From Pseudobdellovibrionaceae bacterium (GTDB lineage: Bacteria; Bdellovibrionota; Bdellovibrionia; Bdellovibrionales; UBA1609): DNA of 37,591 nt. The notes below the pieces were generated by a model. It saw only the letters and a program-made list of their open reading frames with translations. It did not search any database and was not told where the DNA came from. The position numbers were made by a program, and so were the translations under genes. Below, one piece after another: positions 1 to 10,385 of this stretch. Every line of letters starts with the position of its first letter. Position 1 is the first letter of the stretch. The stretch lies in the NCBI GenBank assembly GCA_030591685.1, contig JAUVAX010000022.1, forward strand, positions 1-37,591, in the 5' to 3' direction.

Positions 1-42
1 ATATTCAGTTTCTAGCGAATTTTAATTTTTTAATTTAGATTT

Positions 43-158
43 GCTGGTGTCAATAGCGGCGGAGAAACACCTGATCCCATCCCGAACTCAGAAGTTAAGC
101 CCGCCAGCGGCGATGGTAATGCAGAGGTAACTCTGTGTGAGAGTAGCACGATGCCAGT
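43..158 (+). rRNA. rrf: 5S ribosomal RNA
   Basis: Typical 5S motifs (ACACCTGATCCCATCCCGAACTCAGAAGTTAAG...GATGGTA...GTGAGAGTAG); the ends CTGGTGTC and GATGCCAG pair. Ends approximate. Confidence 0.97.
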
Positions 159-170
159 TCTTTTTTTTAT

Positions 171-200
171 GCCGGTCATTTTTTGACCGGCTTTTTTTTT
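171..200 (+). terminator. Rho-independent terminator of the rRNA operon
   Basis: GCCGGTCA-N5-TGACCGGC 8-bp stem followed by a T9 run. Confidence 0.9.
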
Positions 201-346
201 GTAAAAAAAGTATTCCTAATAACACCTTTAAAACTAAAAAGAGTGCACTTATAGCAAAGTATAACCGCCCATGAACTATGCCTTAATGGTAAAGAGCATT
301 TCTCATTATAAATTAAATTTATTTTGGTAAGGTTTTTTAAGGTGTA

Positions 347-826
347 TTATTTTTTAGCGGCGGGTGTTTTTTTTTGTATATAAAGGTTACGGGCCAGCTC
401 CCATTCGACTTCATTTGTTTTAATATCCTTAATTGAATACTGGATCATGATGCCAATTTTACGTGAGTCCTCGTCCCATAGGTGGGTTAAAAGGCCGAGC
501 TCTTTATCGCCTTTTGAGGTGGTGTAAATGGGGGCCTTTAAGTTTGGGAGCCAGGTTTTAAACAGAGGTGAATCGGTATTTATTTTAATAGTTTTTATAT
601 GAGCCCACGAAATAGGGAGCATATTTTTTTTCATCATTGATTGAACATCTTTTTGCCAAGCTACTTGAAAACGATACCCCTGAGCACTTAATTGAGCAGA
701 GGGTTTAGAGAAGTCTTTATTTTGCACTAAATAGAAAATTAATAGAAACAGCAAAGCTGTTGCAAGTATGATTAGGGGGCTAATTATTTTTGTTTTCAAA
801 AAAGAGGGCCTCTCTATAAGTACCAC
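347..826 (-). CDS. hypothetical membrane-anchored protein
   Basis: 159-aa ORF with one N-terminal hydrophobic helix; co-oriented just downstream of the vWA lipoprotein gene. Confidence 0.7.
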   Translation of the reverse strand: MVLIERPSFLKTKIISPLIILATALLFLLIFYLVQNKDFSKPSAQLSAQGYRFQVAWQKDVQSMMKKNMLPISWAHIKTIKINTDSPLFKTWLPNLKAPIYTTSKGDKELGLLTHLWDEDSRKIGIMIQYSIKDIKTNEVEWELARNLYIQKKTPAAKK

Positions 827-847
827 TGACTCAGCTATTATAGTGTT

Positions 848-2023
848 TTATTTTTTTTCACAAACAACAGTGTACTCGACATTACTGCCCGCTGGTAGGT
901 TTGGATTAAAACTGACACGACTTTGTTCATCCACTGAAAATTGAACTTCAAATCCCGGGTCTGGTAAAACGCTGATTTGTATAGGGTCAAAACCCTCATC
1001 AGAGGCAATGCTGTCGCTGACCGGCTTACAGGGCAGGGTAAAGTTAAAAGAGCTTGTTGATATTCTGCTGGCAATATCAATGAGATGGTTTGTGTAGCTA
1101 CTAGAACAAATACTTCCAACTCGGCCAGGTAAAATGTTACCCAGAGAGGAGAGCTCAGCTGTTGGGTTTGAGAGCTTTGCATACCAAGACCCATACTCAC
1201 CAACGATGGCTCCGTTACCCTGTGCGTCCTGAGAGTTTTTGCATGTTGTATCGCCTGGGGGCACAATAAGAGAATGTACACTCATTGCTTTGGTTGGCCC
1301 CAGGGTGGAGGCCAATCGAGAAACTAAAAAATCAGGCGTGTCCTCTGGGGCTAGTGGTAATACTATGCCACCATTGGATCGCACATCTTCGTCAGAGAGT
1401 ATAACAACTGAAAACAGTGAATCGGCTCTAAAAAAATCACTATCGGCACGATCAAGAACCTTGTTGATTGCAAAAATCCCTCTTTCGTCACTTGAAGGGC
1501 ACTCTCTATAATTAGACTGTTCACAGTGAAGGGTTTCGGGGCGCTGAATTGTTTGAGAGAAATAATCAATTTTTTGCTGTTGTGAGAGTGATGTAGATTT
1601 AAGTACGCTTGCCCCGTTTGGAAAGGATATAAACTTACCATCCTGAAAGGCCCCATTGCCGTTCCAGGCAGAGGCATAGTTATAAACTCCTGAGGCGATT
1701 TGACCACTAATATCAGTTGTAGTGATAGCAATTTGGTAATCAATATTTTGTGAATCTAGGGTTTGAATAAAATCAGAAAATTTATCAGCCATCTTTGATT
1801 GCTCTGTAGACATAGAGCCTGAATTGTCGTTAACAAATAAAATATCAACAGAACCAAGGCGGCTTGAATTAGAAAATGAACAACGGTCCCCGTACTCAGC
1901 CTTAATAACACAGCCTAAAAAGTAGCGATCCTGTGGGATGGCCTCAAAGCCAACATCTGAACAGCCGACGTAAAAAACACACAGTGCAATGGCAATTGAG
2001 CTTAATTTTAGTATGGACTTCAT
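848..2023 (-). CDS. vWA (MIDAS) domain lipoprotein, secreted or surface
   Basis: Lipobox-like YVGC; MIDAS motif DILFVNDNSGSM, ITTTD and LSDED; paired Cys; SD GAGGAG upstream. Confidence 0.85.
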   Translation of the reverse strand: MKSILKLSSIAIALCVFYVGCSDVGFEAIPQDRYFLGCVIKAEYGDRCSFSNSSRLGSVDILFVNDNSGSMSTEQSKMADKFSDFIQTLDSQNIDYQIAITTTDISGQIASGVYNYASAWNGNGAFQDGKFISFPNGASVLKSTSLSQQQKIDYFSQTIQRPETLHCEQSNYRECPSSDERGIFAINKVLDRADSDFFRADSLFSVVILSDEDVRSNGGIVLPLAPEDTPDFLVSRLASTLGPTKAMSVHSLIVPPGDTTCKNSQDAQGNGAIVGEYGSWYAKLSNPTAELSSLGNILPGRVGSICSSSYTNHLIDIASRISTSSFNFTLPCKPVSDSIASDEGFDPIQISVLPDPGFEVQFSVDEQSRVSFNPNLPAGSNVEYTVVCEKK

Positions 2024-2320
2024 TTAATACATCTCCTCGACTACACGTTTCTAGTTCCAATATGTGTGCCAATAAGAGGCATCATTCTAACTCAATGAAA
2101 TCATTGCTAAAATCTACAAAAAATCGGTGAGGGTAATCGCCCCCAAGGGTTTTGAAAATTACATAAGAAGGACTCTTGTCTAAAAAAGTCAGTTATTTTA
2201 TGTAGTTACGACTGTTAGATGTTGCCGGTATTTAATAAGCAGAATTACAAAAAATGTCATTATAAAGCCTCTGATTTCTTAGGCTTAGGGTCTATATCTT
2301 CAATATGAGGGTTTCAGTGG

Positions 2321-3055
2321 TTAGGCGACGAGTTTTTTAGAAGAGGATAAAATATAGCCCTTTCCGTATATATTAATAATGTGATTGTCTATTTCGGGTA
2401 TGAGTTTTTTTAGTTTTGAAATTTGAGCATCTATGGATCGAGGGGATATATCGACCCCTTGCCAAACAAACTGTTGTAGCCACTGACGAGTGAGTAATTG
2501 ATCATGGTTTGTAATTAAAGATAAGAGTAACCGAAACTGCACAGGTGAGGTGTTAATAAGCTGCTCCTCGAATTTTACAATATAGTCGTTAGGGTAGACC
2601 TTAAAGTTATTCCAGCTAAAAAACTCTGGCTCATGAGTCGGGTTATGAATTTTATTTTGAATCACTGAAACATCAGTGGAGAGCCACTTGGTTTTAAGGT
2701 TTAGGATAACGTCACGTAAAACCCACTGCGCTTGAGTGCAGCTAAATACATGGTCTGCGCCGGCTTGAAAATAAGATTTATGTTTTTTTATATTTTCATT
2801 CGGCAATAAAACCACGGTGGCGCCTTTTGGGCGAGAGTCATTGAGTATTTGTCGAAGGTTTTTTGGGTCAATTGTTGAGGCGTCACAAAGGCTAATATCC
2901 GGAGACCACTCGTTAAGCATAAATCGAAACACATCAGTTTGATTTGCATTTTGAGTGATAAGGGGTAGTTTTGTTTGCTCCAATGCCTCAGCCCAGAAGT
3001 GGGGATTACTTGATACAGTTAAAATTTTAATTTTCTCGAGCAAACTCATGAACAC
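2321..3055 (-). CDS. OmpR/PhoB-family winged-helix regulator with degenerate receiver domain
   Basis: C-terminal Trans_reg_C signature (FRLL..L, TRQWL, VW, SPRSIDAQISKLKK, NIYGKGY); receiver lacks the acidic pair and the conserved Lys. Start may be ATG 3049. Confidence 0.85.
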   Translation of the reverse strand: MFMSLLEKIKILTVSSNPHFWAEALEQTKLPLITQNANQTDVFRFMLNEWSPDISLCDASTIDPKNLRQILNDSRPKGATVVLLPNENIKKHKSYFQAGADHVFSCTQAQWVLRDVILNLKTKWLSTDVSVIQNKIHNPTHEPEFFSWNNFKVYPNDYIVKFEEQLINTSPVQFRLLLSLITNHDQLLTRQWLQQFVWQGVDISPRSIDAQISKLKKLIPEIDNHIINIYGKGYILSSSKKLVA

Positions 3056-3082
3056 TCTTCGACAGGTGCAATTAGTGAGTTA
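3056..3082 (-). promoter_or_regulatory. sigma28 (FliA)-like promoter
   Basis: Minus strand TAAC-N15-GTCGAAGA versus consensus TAAA-N15-GCCGATAA, directly before the regulator start. Confidence 0.45.
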
Positions 3083-3372
3083 ATAGGGGGCCGTAAAATA
3101 CTCAAATTGTGACATCCCTACTTTGGCTTACTTTGAGACGCCTGAGCAGGCCTGATGGAGTTGATTTTAGTTGACGTCTTTTTTAAGCTTAAGGGGTAAG
3201 ACCCTGTATTATAGGGGCTTTCAGGGCAATAGTGTCATAACTGTCAAATGAAGGGCCTGTTATGGGCTTTAGAGCCCATGGGGCAACGGTAAGAGCGGTT
3301 TAATTGAAGCTCAATTCAGGGTTGATATTTACTTTAAACACGGCATAATAGCGACTTTTAAAGGGCGCGTCA

Positions 3373-4389
3373 TTGAATTCAAATTTAAAAGTGAACACAT
3401 CAGATAACCGAACAAAATTACTGAATAAACGGTTATGCGATTTAGACCTCTGTATTGAGGGGGCCTGGTTTGAGCCGCTCATTAAAAGGGTTAAGCGCGA
3501 ACTCAGAGGGCGTGGTCTTTTATTTTTTCCAAACCTTTGGCTTTCTGATGAGTGGTTTTGTATGGAGGGGCACACTGGCTTAGCCCTTCCTTTTTATCTT
3601 TGCAATAAAGACCTTTTAAAAATGGAGAAGTTATTTATAGGCCCCGTTGATGGGGGCTCAGAGATGCAATTTATTAAAACATTACGCCACGAAGTGGGGC
3701 ATGCCATAGAGCATGCCTTTGAACTACAAAACCACCCCTTAAGAATAAAATATTTTGGTGGCACAAACTCAAAAGTATACCCAAAGCATTACTCGCCGGT
3801 GAGGTACTCAAAAAGGTTTGTTATAAATTTAGAGGACAACTACGCCCAAAGTCACCCTGATGAGGACTTTGCTGAGACCTTTGCCGTCTGGCTACAGTCT
3901 AAATCTAAATGGAAGAAGAAGTATAAAAACTGGCCCGCACTGCATAAGATTTTAGCCATGGATCAAATGATGAAAGAGATTTCTGGTCAAAACCCAAAGA
4001 GATTAAATGCAAAGCCTGTTGATGAGCTCTCAACTATGAATCAAACTCTTAAGACCTATTATCAAAACAAAATAAAACAGCAGCGTAAATATAAGTTTAA
4101 AGTTTATGATGATGACCTAAGGGGTCAGTTTTTGAAATCTCAAGGGGCCGTAAAGGCTGAAAAGTATTTAAAAACGCATAAAAAAGACCTTTTACACTCG
4201 GTGAGTGTAGGGGTTGGTTTACCTAAATACCGCCTTGAAACCATTTATAAGCAAATTTATATTAAAGCTAAAAGTCTTGATTTGTATGTTAAAAGCAACC
4301 AAATAGAAACTCATAAAGAAATGCTGGATCTTTTCACAAAAACTTCGTTACAATTTATAGAAGAAAACCAGCATAGGATTTATATGTGA
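3373..4389 (+). CDS. putative cytoplasmic zinc metallopeptidase (Peptidase_Mx-like)
   Basis: HEVGH zinc motif and YAQSHPDEDFAETFAVWL motif; no signal peptide; start uncertain (TTG 3373 or GTG 3391). Confidence 0.85.
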   Translation: MNSNLKVNTSDNRTKLLNKRLCDLDLCIEGAWFEPLIKRVKRELRGRGLLFFPNLWLSDEWFCMEGHTGLALPFYLCNKDLLKMEKLFIGPVDGGSEMQFIKTLRHEVGHAIEHAFELQNHPLRIKYFGGTNSKVYPKHYSPVRYSKRFVINLEDNYAQSHPDEDFAETFAVWLQSKSKWKKKYKNWPALHKILAMDQMMKEISGQNPKRLNAKPVDELSTMNQTLKTYYQNKIKQQRKYKFKVYDDDLRGQFLKSQGAVKAEKYLKTHKKDLLHSVSVGVGLPKYRLETIYKQIYIKAKSLDLYVKSNQIETHKEMLDLFTKTSLQFIEENQHRIYM

Positions 4390-5396
4390 AAGTTCTAGTA
4401 CTGCTCAACGAAAGCTTGATCCCTCCGGAGAGTTTTAAATCAAAGGTCGAGCATGAGTCATCCCCCTGTCGCACAGAGTATGATGTTGTACAGGGCCTTA
4501 ATAAATTAAAACATAAGGTAAAAATACTTGGTGTGGGTGATGATTTAAGGCTTATTCGTCAGTCTATCGATGAGTTTAAGCCCCACGTAGTTTACAACCT
4601 GCTAGAAGAGTTTGCAGGAGAGGCCGTATTTGACCACAATGTTGTCAGTTATTTAGAAATGCTAAGGGTCAAGTACACGGGCTGTAACCCGAGAGGGCTT
4701 ATGCTTTCAAGGGATAAATCTATTTCTAAAAAAATATTTAAGTATCACCGTATCCCGACGCCTCAGTTTTATGTATTTAAGAAAAACAAAAAAATTAAAA
4801 TCCAAAAAAATTTACAGTTTCCTTTATTTGTTAAGACTCTTAATGAGGAGGCCTCGCTAGGGATATCTCAAGAGTCTATAGTGACTAATTTAGAAAATTT
4901 AGTAAAGAGAACTCAATTTTTACATAGTAAGTATAATACAGATGTGATTGCTGAGAGTTATATAAAGGGTCGTGAGTTGTATGTTGGAGTCATGGGTAAT
5001 GAGTCTGTAAAAGTATTACCAGTGATGGAGTTGTTTTTTTCGAAAACCCCAGAGTCAGTCCCTAAGATTGCCACCAGCAAGGTAAAGTGGAACGAAGAAT
5101 ATAGAAAAAAAATGGGTATTAAAACAGGCCCCGCAGCCCCCTTGAGCGAAGATTTAGAGAAACGAATTAAAAACCTATCAAAACGTGCTTACAGAGCCCT
5201 TGAAATAAGTGGTTATGCGCGTATGGATTTTAGGTACGACGAGCTGGGCGATAAACTCTACCTCATAGAGGCCAACCCGAACCCTGATATTGCCAAAAGC
5301 GATGAGTTTGCTAAGTCCGCTCAATTAGCAAATGTCCCTTATGAAAAACTGCTCTCCAAAATTTTATCCCTCGCCAAGCGCTGGACGACGGTTTAG
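4386..5396 (+). CDS. D-Ala-D-Ala ligase-like ATP-grasp protein (non-canonical)
   Basis: DKSISK, FPLFVK..EEASLGI, ESYIKGRE, GYARMDFR and IEANPNP motifs; GTGA overlap with the upstream peptidase. Confidence 0.88.
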   Translation: MKVLVLLNESLIPPESFKSKVEHESSPCRTEYDVVQGLNKLKHKVKILGVGDDLRLIRQSIDEFKPHVVYNLLEEFAGEAVFDHNVVSYLEMLRVKYTGCNPRGLMLSRDKSISKKIFKYHRIPTPQFYVFKKNKKIKIQKNLQFPLFVKTLNEEASLGISQESIVTNLENLVKRTQFLHSKYNTDVIAESYIKGRELYVGVMGNESVKVLPVMELFFSKTPESVPKIATSKVKWNEEYRKKMGIKTGPAAPLSEDLEKRIKNLSKRAYRALEISGYARMDFRYDELGDKLYLIEANPNPDIAKSDEFAKSAQLANVPYEKLLSKILSLAKRWTTV

Positions 5397-5456
5397 CCAA
5401 GAGATACTATTTTTGACCACTTGCTCTTGATACTAAACTGTATTACTTTTCAACTT

Positions 5457-5843
5457 ATGGAATCAGGTACACACAGTATAGTCATCGGTTACGCCACTTG
5501 GGTCTTTGGTTGGATGGGGGCTCATAGATTTTACTTTGGTAAGCCCATTTCAGGAACTGTTTATTTTTTTACACTGGGCCTTCTTGGGATAGGTTGGATT
5601 GTTGATCTTTTTTTAATCCCTGATATGGATAGAGAGGCTCATTTTAAGTATGCCAAAGGGCCTTGTGATTATAATGTCTCTTGGCTGTTGCTTGTTTTTT
5701 TAGGGGTATTTGGCTTACACCGTTTTTATATGAAAAAATATGCAACTGGGGTTTTATACCTTTTTACTGGCGGGCTTTTTATGTTTGGTTGGCTTTATGA
5801 CCTGTGTACTTTGAATGACCAGGTGAACGAGCTGAACTCTTAA
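5457..5843 (+). CDS. TM2-domain (NINE) membrane protein with two TM2 repeats
   Basis: Two G.HRFY...G..YxxTxG..xxGW..D repeats; ATG 5457 preferred to TTG 5421. Confidence 0.9.
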   Translation: MESGTHSIVIGYATWVFGWMGAHRFYFGKPISGTVYFFTLGLLGIGWIVDLFLIPDMDREAHFKYAKGPCDYNVSWLLLVFLGVFGLHRFYMKKYATGVLYLFTGGLFMFGWLYDLCTLNDQVNELNS

Positions 5844-6100
5844 AATCGAGTTTATTAAAAATAGTATAAATCTTAAAAACAGCCTTTTAGCTTAATTGTG
5901 GGGCATTTATTAGCCTTCTACTCCTATACAGAGAGTCTTGATGGAGAGTTAAATCGTGATAATAGTGTTTTTAATTAAAGCCAAATCGCGTCAAGGCCTC
6001 AAAGCCTTAGTCATTACAGGTTGAAGTCATTAGTATAATAAGAATTTTACAGTGAAAGAGTTCTCTGTAGTGAGTGCCTATTAATAAAAAGGGAGCATTT

Positions 6101-7054
6101 ATGCTTTATGAAAATATAGTCGAAGCTATCGGTAAAACGCCACTTGTGAAGCTTAACAAAGTGGGCTCAGGGCTTAAGTGTAATTTATATGCAAAATGTG
6201 AGTTTATGAACCCTGGGGGGTCCGTTAAAGACCGTATCGCACGTAGAATGATTTTAGATGCAGAGGCAAAAGGATTAATTAAGCCTGGCGACACCCTTAT
6301 TGAGGCCACCAGTGGCAACACAGGCATTGGCATCGCCATGGCTGGAGCGGCTTTAGGGTATAAGGTCATTATCACTATGCCTGAAAAAATGAGCCAGGAA
6401 AAACAGGTTGCCATTGAATCGTTAGGGGCCACAATTGTAAGAACGCCCACTGAGGCGTCGTTTGACTCTCCGGAGAGTCACATAGCAGTGGCCATAAAGC
6501 TGCAGGCTGAAACTCCAAACTCGTTTATATTAGATCAATATAAAAATAAAATGAACCCTTTGGCGCATTACGAAGAAACAGGTGCTGAAATAGTTGAGGA
6601 CCTTAACGGAAAAGTAGATATGGTGGTTATGGGTACTGGGACAGGCGGTACTCTCACAGGTGTTGCTCGTAAAATTAAAGAGGTTAACCCAGGTGCCATT
6701 ATAGTGGCCGCAGACCCTGAGGGCTCTTTATTAGCTGGGGAAGAAGAGATCAAACCTTATCACGTAGAGGGTATTGGTTATGACTTTGTACCTGATGTAT
6801 TAGACAGAAAGCTTGTAGACAAGTGGGTTAAAACAAATGATCAAGAGTCTTTTAAGCTCGCTAGAGAAGTTATAAAAAACGAAGGAATACTTTGTGGAGG
6901 CTCTACAGGGTCAGCTATGCAGGCGGCCCTTAAGGAGGCCGCGCACCTTAAAGAGGGGCAAAACTGTGTTGTTGTCTTCCCCGATAGTATTAGAAACTAC
7001 ATGACTAAGTTTTTAGACGATTCTTGGATGAAAGAAAATAAATTAAGTAAATAA
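6101..7054 (+). CDS. cbs: cystathionine beta-synthase (PLP, catalytic core only)
   Basis: [41 protein letters not shown] and [12 protein letters not shown] are CBS-type motifs; SD GGAG before ATG 6101. Confidence 0.85.
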   Translation: MLYENIVEAIGKTPLVKLNKVGSGLKCNLYAKCEFMNPGGSVKDRIARRMILDAEAKGLIKPGDTLIEATSGNTGIGIAMAGAALGYKVIITMPEKMSQEKQVAIESLGATIVRTPTEASFDSPESHIAVAIKLQAETPNSFILDQYKNKMNPLAHYEETGAEIVEDLNGKVDMVVMGTGTGGTLTGVARKIKEVNPGAIIVAADPEGSLLAGEEEIKPYHVEGIGYDFVPDVLDRKLVDKWVKTNDQESFKLAREVIKNEGILCGGSTGSAMQAALKEAAHLKEGQNCVVVFPDSIRNYMTKFLDDSWMKENKLSK

Positions 7055-7168
7055 AATCAGAGTGAGCAATATTAGGACTTATAATTTTTTTTACTGGGAT
7101 TGTTAGGCCATCATAAGTATTTATTTAACCCATAAATTCGTATTTAAGTTTTAATCAAACAGAAAACC

Positions 7169-8110
7169 TCAAGATTTTAGTGTTTCTTTTAAAAAAAATT
7201 TTAAATTCTCAGCAGTGATAGAGATTAATTTTTTTCGAGCCTCCGCGCTGGCCCAAGCGTTATGTGGGGTTATAAAAAGGTTGTTACCTTTATAGTTGTA
7301 GAGTTCATTACCTAAAGAGGGGGGCTCTTCAGAGAGAACATCAAGCGCCGCCCCTTGGATTTTATTATTTTCAAGAGCCCCCAGAAGGTTACTTTCATTA
7401 ACAACGCCCCCGCGAGAGGTGTTTATTAAAAAAGAAGAGGGCTTCATTTGGTTTAAAAAATCCTCATTGACTAAATTTTTTGTACGTTCACATAAAGGGC
7501 AATGCAGGGTAATGAAGTCACTTTTTTTTATGAGCTCTTTGAGTGGAGTTCTATTCGTTGAGGTTTCGATAAAAGATTCGGCAATGAGGGTGTTCATGCC
7601 AAAGCATTTAGCGAGTTCATTAACACGAGCTCCAATATTACCAAACCCAATGATACCAAGAGTTTTGCCTTTAAGTTCAAATATAGGAAGATCAAGACGG
7701 CAAAAGACCTCTGATTTAGACCAATCGCCCCTTTGGCAAGACTGAATATAACGATTTTGTTGAGTAGCTAAGTTGAGCATCAAGGTTATTGTGTGTTGAG
7801 CGACAGATTCGGTACTGTAACGGGTCACATTTTTTAAAATGATTTTGTTTTTCTTGATATAATCGATGTCAATATTATTTGTACCCGTAGCTAGGACTCC
7901 GATATATTTTAATCGAGTGGCTTTAGAAAGAAGAGCTTCATTTAAAATCACTTTATTTGTAAGTACAATGTCACAGTTTTTAATTCGCTCAAGGGTTTCG
8001 CTCTCATGAGTCGTGTTAAAAACTTCTAGATTTATATCAAGCTTATTGAGCTCCTTTAAAGCCTCTTGGGGTACGTTAAGTGTTTTAAAGTCTAAGAGGG
8101 CAGCCTTCAT
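7169..8110 (-). CDS. hprA: D-2-hydroxyacid dehydrogenase, glycerate dehydrogenase/hydroxypyruvate reductase type
   Basis: ATGTNNID, YSTESVAQHT, GIIGFGNIG, LHCPL, INTSRG and TPHNAW. Confidence 0.88.
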   Translation of the reverse strand: MKAALLDFKTLNVPQEALKELNKLDINLEVFNTTHESETLERIKNCDIVLTNKVILNEALLSKATRLKYIGVLATGTNNIDIDYIKKNKIILKNVTRYSTESVAQHTITLMLNLATQQNRYIQSCQRGDWSKSEVFCRLDLPIFELKGKTLGIIGFGNIGARVNELAKCFGMNTLIAESFIETSTNRTPLKELIKKSDFITLHCPLCERTKNLVNEDFLNQMKPSSFLINTSRGGVVNESNLLGALENNKIQGAALDVLSEEPPSLGNELYNYKGNNLFITPHNAWASAEARKKLISITAENLKFFLKETLKS

Positions 8111-8321
8111 TTTGAAATACTCCTGATTTTGGGTGTATTTTTCTTTAAAATAAATAGGAAAAACAAAATATGATAAAAAATATTTATGTAGTCAGTTTCT
8201 CATGGGCCTTAAGCGTATGTTTTAACCACAGTGTAATCAACAAAATAGGGCACTTTAAATGTAAAAAGTTTAAACTTTATGGCCTCAGATCAATTCTAAT
8301 GAGTCCTTGCTGGGGGGCAGA

Positions 8322-8338
8322 CTGGCTCTAGATTCGCA
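8322..8338 (+). promoter_or_regulatory. sigma54 (-24/-12)-like promoter
   Basis: CTGGCTCTAGATTCGCA = GG-N10-GC, 30 nt before ATG 8368 and its SD GAGGAG. Confidence 0.5.
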
Positions 8339-8367
8339 CACCTAAACAAACATCAAGAGGAGCAAAC

Positions 8368-9573
8368 ATGCGTATTTTTTTAATAAATTTTTTTATATTA
8401 GGGTCCTGCTTACTCGTGGGGTGTGGGTCTGAGCCGGTGAATATGTCTTCTGAGTCCTATCGAAACAACCTTCAGTCAATGATTGGTCAGAGTCATTTGC
8501 TCTAACCCTCGTACGTTTCTTTGGAATCTAAAAATGGACCTAGGCATGCAGTAGAGAGTCCAGAAAAAACTTTATCTAATACTGTCGATAGGGTTGTAGA
8601 AATTAAGCAAGTAAGCTTTAGCGAGTTTGAGGGTTGGTGTAATGCTGTGGACGTGAGTTCAAAAACTTTATCAGACTCAGAGAGAGATGTCCCTAAGTTT
8701 TTCTTACCTAGGGTTCCCTCGAATGAGTTAGGTAAAATGAGAGTGTTAAAAAAGAAAAATAACTTTGTATGTGTTTTGTTGCCTCATGTTTTACAGGTAA
8801 ATAGTGAATTAACCTTGATGAGAAAAACAGTTTTAAGTTTGTTAAGTAAAATTAAAAGTAAGAGTCTTAACTTTAATGAGCGCGTTTTTTTAACTTTTTC
8901 ACTTTTAGAGTTTAAGCTGATAAGTGCTGAGGTGCCCTCTGAAGCACTTGTTTCACGTCAGGAAAGGCAGCGAATTACCCACGTTGAGGCTGAAAAAATA
9001 GTTCTCTCGGACAAAGATTATGAAAATTATGATCTCATTGAGCGTCAATTACTGGACCGAGTAAATATTATACCGGTGGCAATGAGTTTAGCGCAAGCAG
9101 CAACAGAGACTGGTTGGGGGAGCTCACGTTGGACTAGGGATTATAATAATTTAGCAGGGCTACAAATTAATTTTGGAAGTCGATTGAACTTATCTTCTTC
9201 AGCAAAAAATGAAAATAAAAACTATGTTCTAAAATTCCCGAGATGCGGCTTGTCGGGTAAGTATAATCAAATTTGCGCGATAACATTTGAGACTATTCAT
9301 GAAAGTGTTCAGTTGTATGCGAGAAGGCTAAATACAGTTTCCCTTTTTAAGCCCTTTAGATCTGAGAGAGCAAGGGTGACGACCTCGGGTGAGTGTCTAA
9401 GTACAAAAAAGCTTTTACAGAAAAAAGTATTAAATGGGTATGCTGCGGACCTCATGTACCATAAAACGCTAACAAATTTAATTGCCAAGTCCTCTCATAT
9501 TGAAAAATTTGATGGGTTAAGCCAGCTACCAGGGGCCTGCCTGGCCAATCTGACACCTTGCTTGCCGGCTTGA
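8368..9573 (+). pseudogene. GH73 glucosaminidase (Bax-like) lipoprotein interrupted by an in-frame TAA at 8503-8505
   Basis: ATG 8368 with SD encodes MRIFLINFFILGSCLLVGC (lipobox) in the same frame as ORF 8521-9573, which has AQAATETGWGSSRW..YNNLAG and GYA motifs; one TAA separates them. Confidence 0.7.
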
Positions 9574-9636
9574 ATTGAGTAAAATTGACAGTTAATGTAG
9601 CGCTCTCTAACACCTAATTAATTAAGGGTAAAACTT

Positions 9637-10101
9637 ATGAAAGTTTCAAAAAATCATATCGTTAAAGTGGCCTATGCACTTAAGAACACACAAGGTCAGC
9701 TGCTGGATAGCAGAAATGAAAAAGCCCCCTTGGTTTACCTACATGGACAGGGGCATATAATAACGGGGCTTGAGGAGGCTTTAGAGGGCCGAGCCATAGA
9801 CGAGTCATTTACAGTCACAATACCACCAGAAAGGGCCTATGGCGACGTAGACCCTGGTAGTATTCAGGTTGTACCTAAAGAGAGTTTTAGTGATGTGGAG
9901 GATTTATCGCCCGGTATGCAGTTTAAAGTGAACACCCCTGCAGGAGAGGTTGTTGCGGTATTAACAGAGGTTTTAGAAAGTGAAGTCGTTATAGACGGCA
10001 ACCACCCCTTGGCGGGTGAAACATTGAATTTTGAAATTAAGGTTTTAAGTGTAAGGCCAGCCACTCAAGAGGAGCTGGCCGATAAACAAGTACACGATTA
10101 G
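9637..10101 (+). CDS. slyD: FKBP-type peptidyl-prolyl isomerase SlyD (no His-rich tail)
   Basis: PLVYLHG..IITGLEEALEG, PERAYG, DGNHPLAG.TLNF, RPATQEEL. Confidence 0.93.
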   Translation: MKVSKNHIVKVAYALKNTQGQLLDSRNEKAPLVYLHGQGHIITGLEEALEGRAIDESFTVTIPPERAYGDVDPGSIQVVPKESFSDVEDLSPGMQFKVNTPAGEVVAVLTEVLESEVVIDGNHPLAGETLNFEIKVLSVRPATQEELADKQVHD

Positions 10102-10385
10102 AGTTATAAAATAAATTAGTGAATAATTCGGTTGTTAACTTTGGCACAGATTTCGTAAACAGTTCGGCCTTGTCCTTCGGCGCCTATAAGAACTAACATT
10201 TCGCCTTCAATTTTTACCGCTTCATGAGTTAGTAAAACAGCCCCATATTCAAATATGCAGCGATGGCAGGTGGGTGCTAGCCACATTTTGAATTTTGTTC
10301 TCAAAATTACTAAGTGTGATTTCAAGCAGTTAACTTAGAGTTATGAAAAATAGTTATAGGTACCTGAATGAGTGGTGTTTACTGG

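Noticed and set aside
838..2130. ORFs 838-1281, 1239-1511, 1363-1743 and 1933-2130
   Set aside because: Alternative-frame or antisense shadows of the vWA lipoprotein gene with no motifs
4386..5396. Calling this gene ddl or a van ligase
   Set aside because: Omega-loop and genomic context do not fit; no vanH/vanX or mur neighbours
10116..10325. 69-aa minus-strand ORF with CHRC
   Set aside because: Fills an intergenic gap and could be real, but no SD or recognisable family supports it
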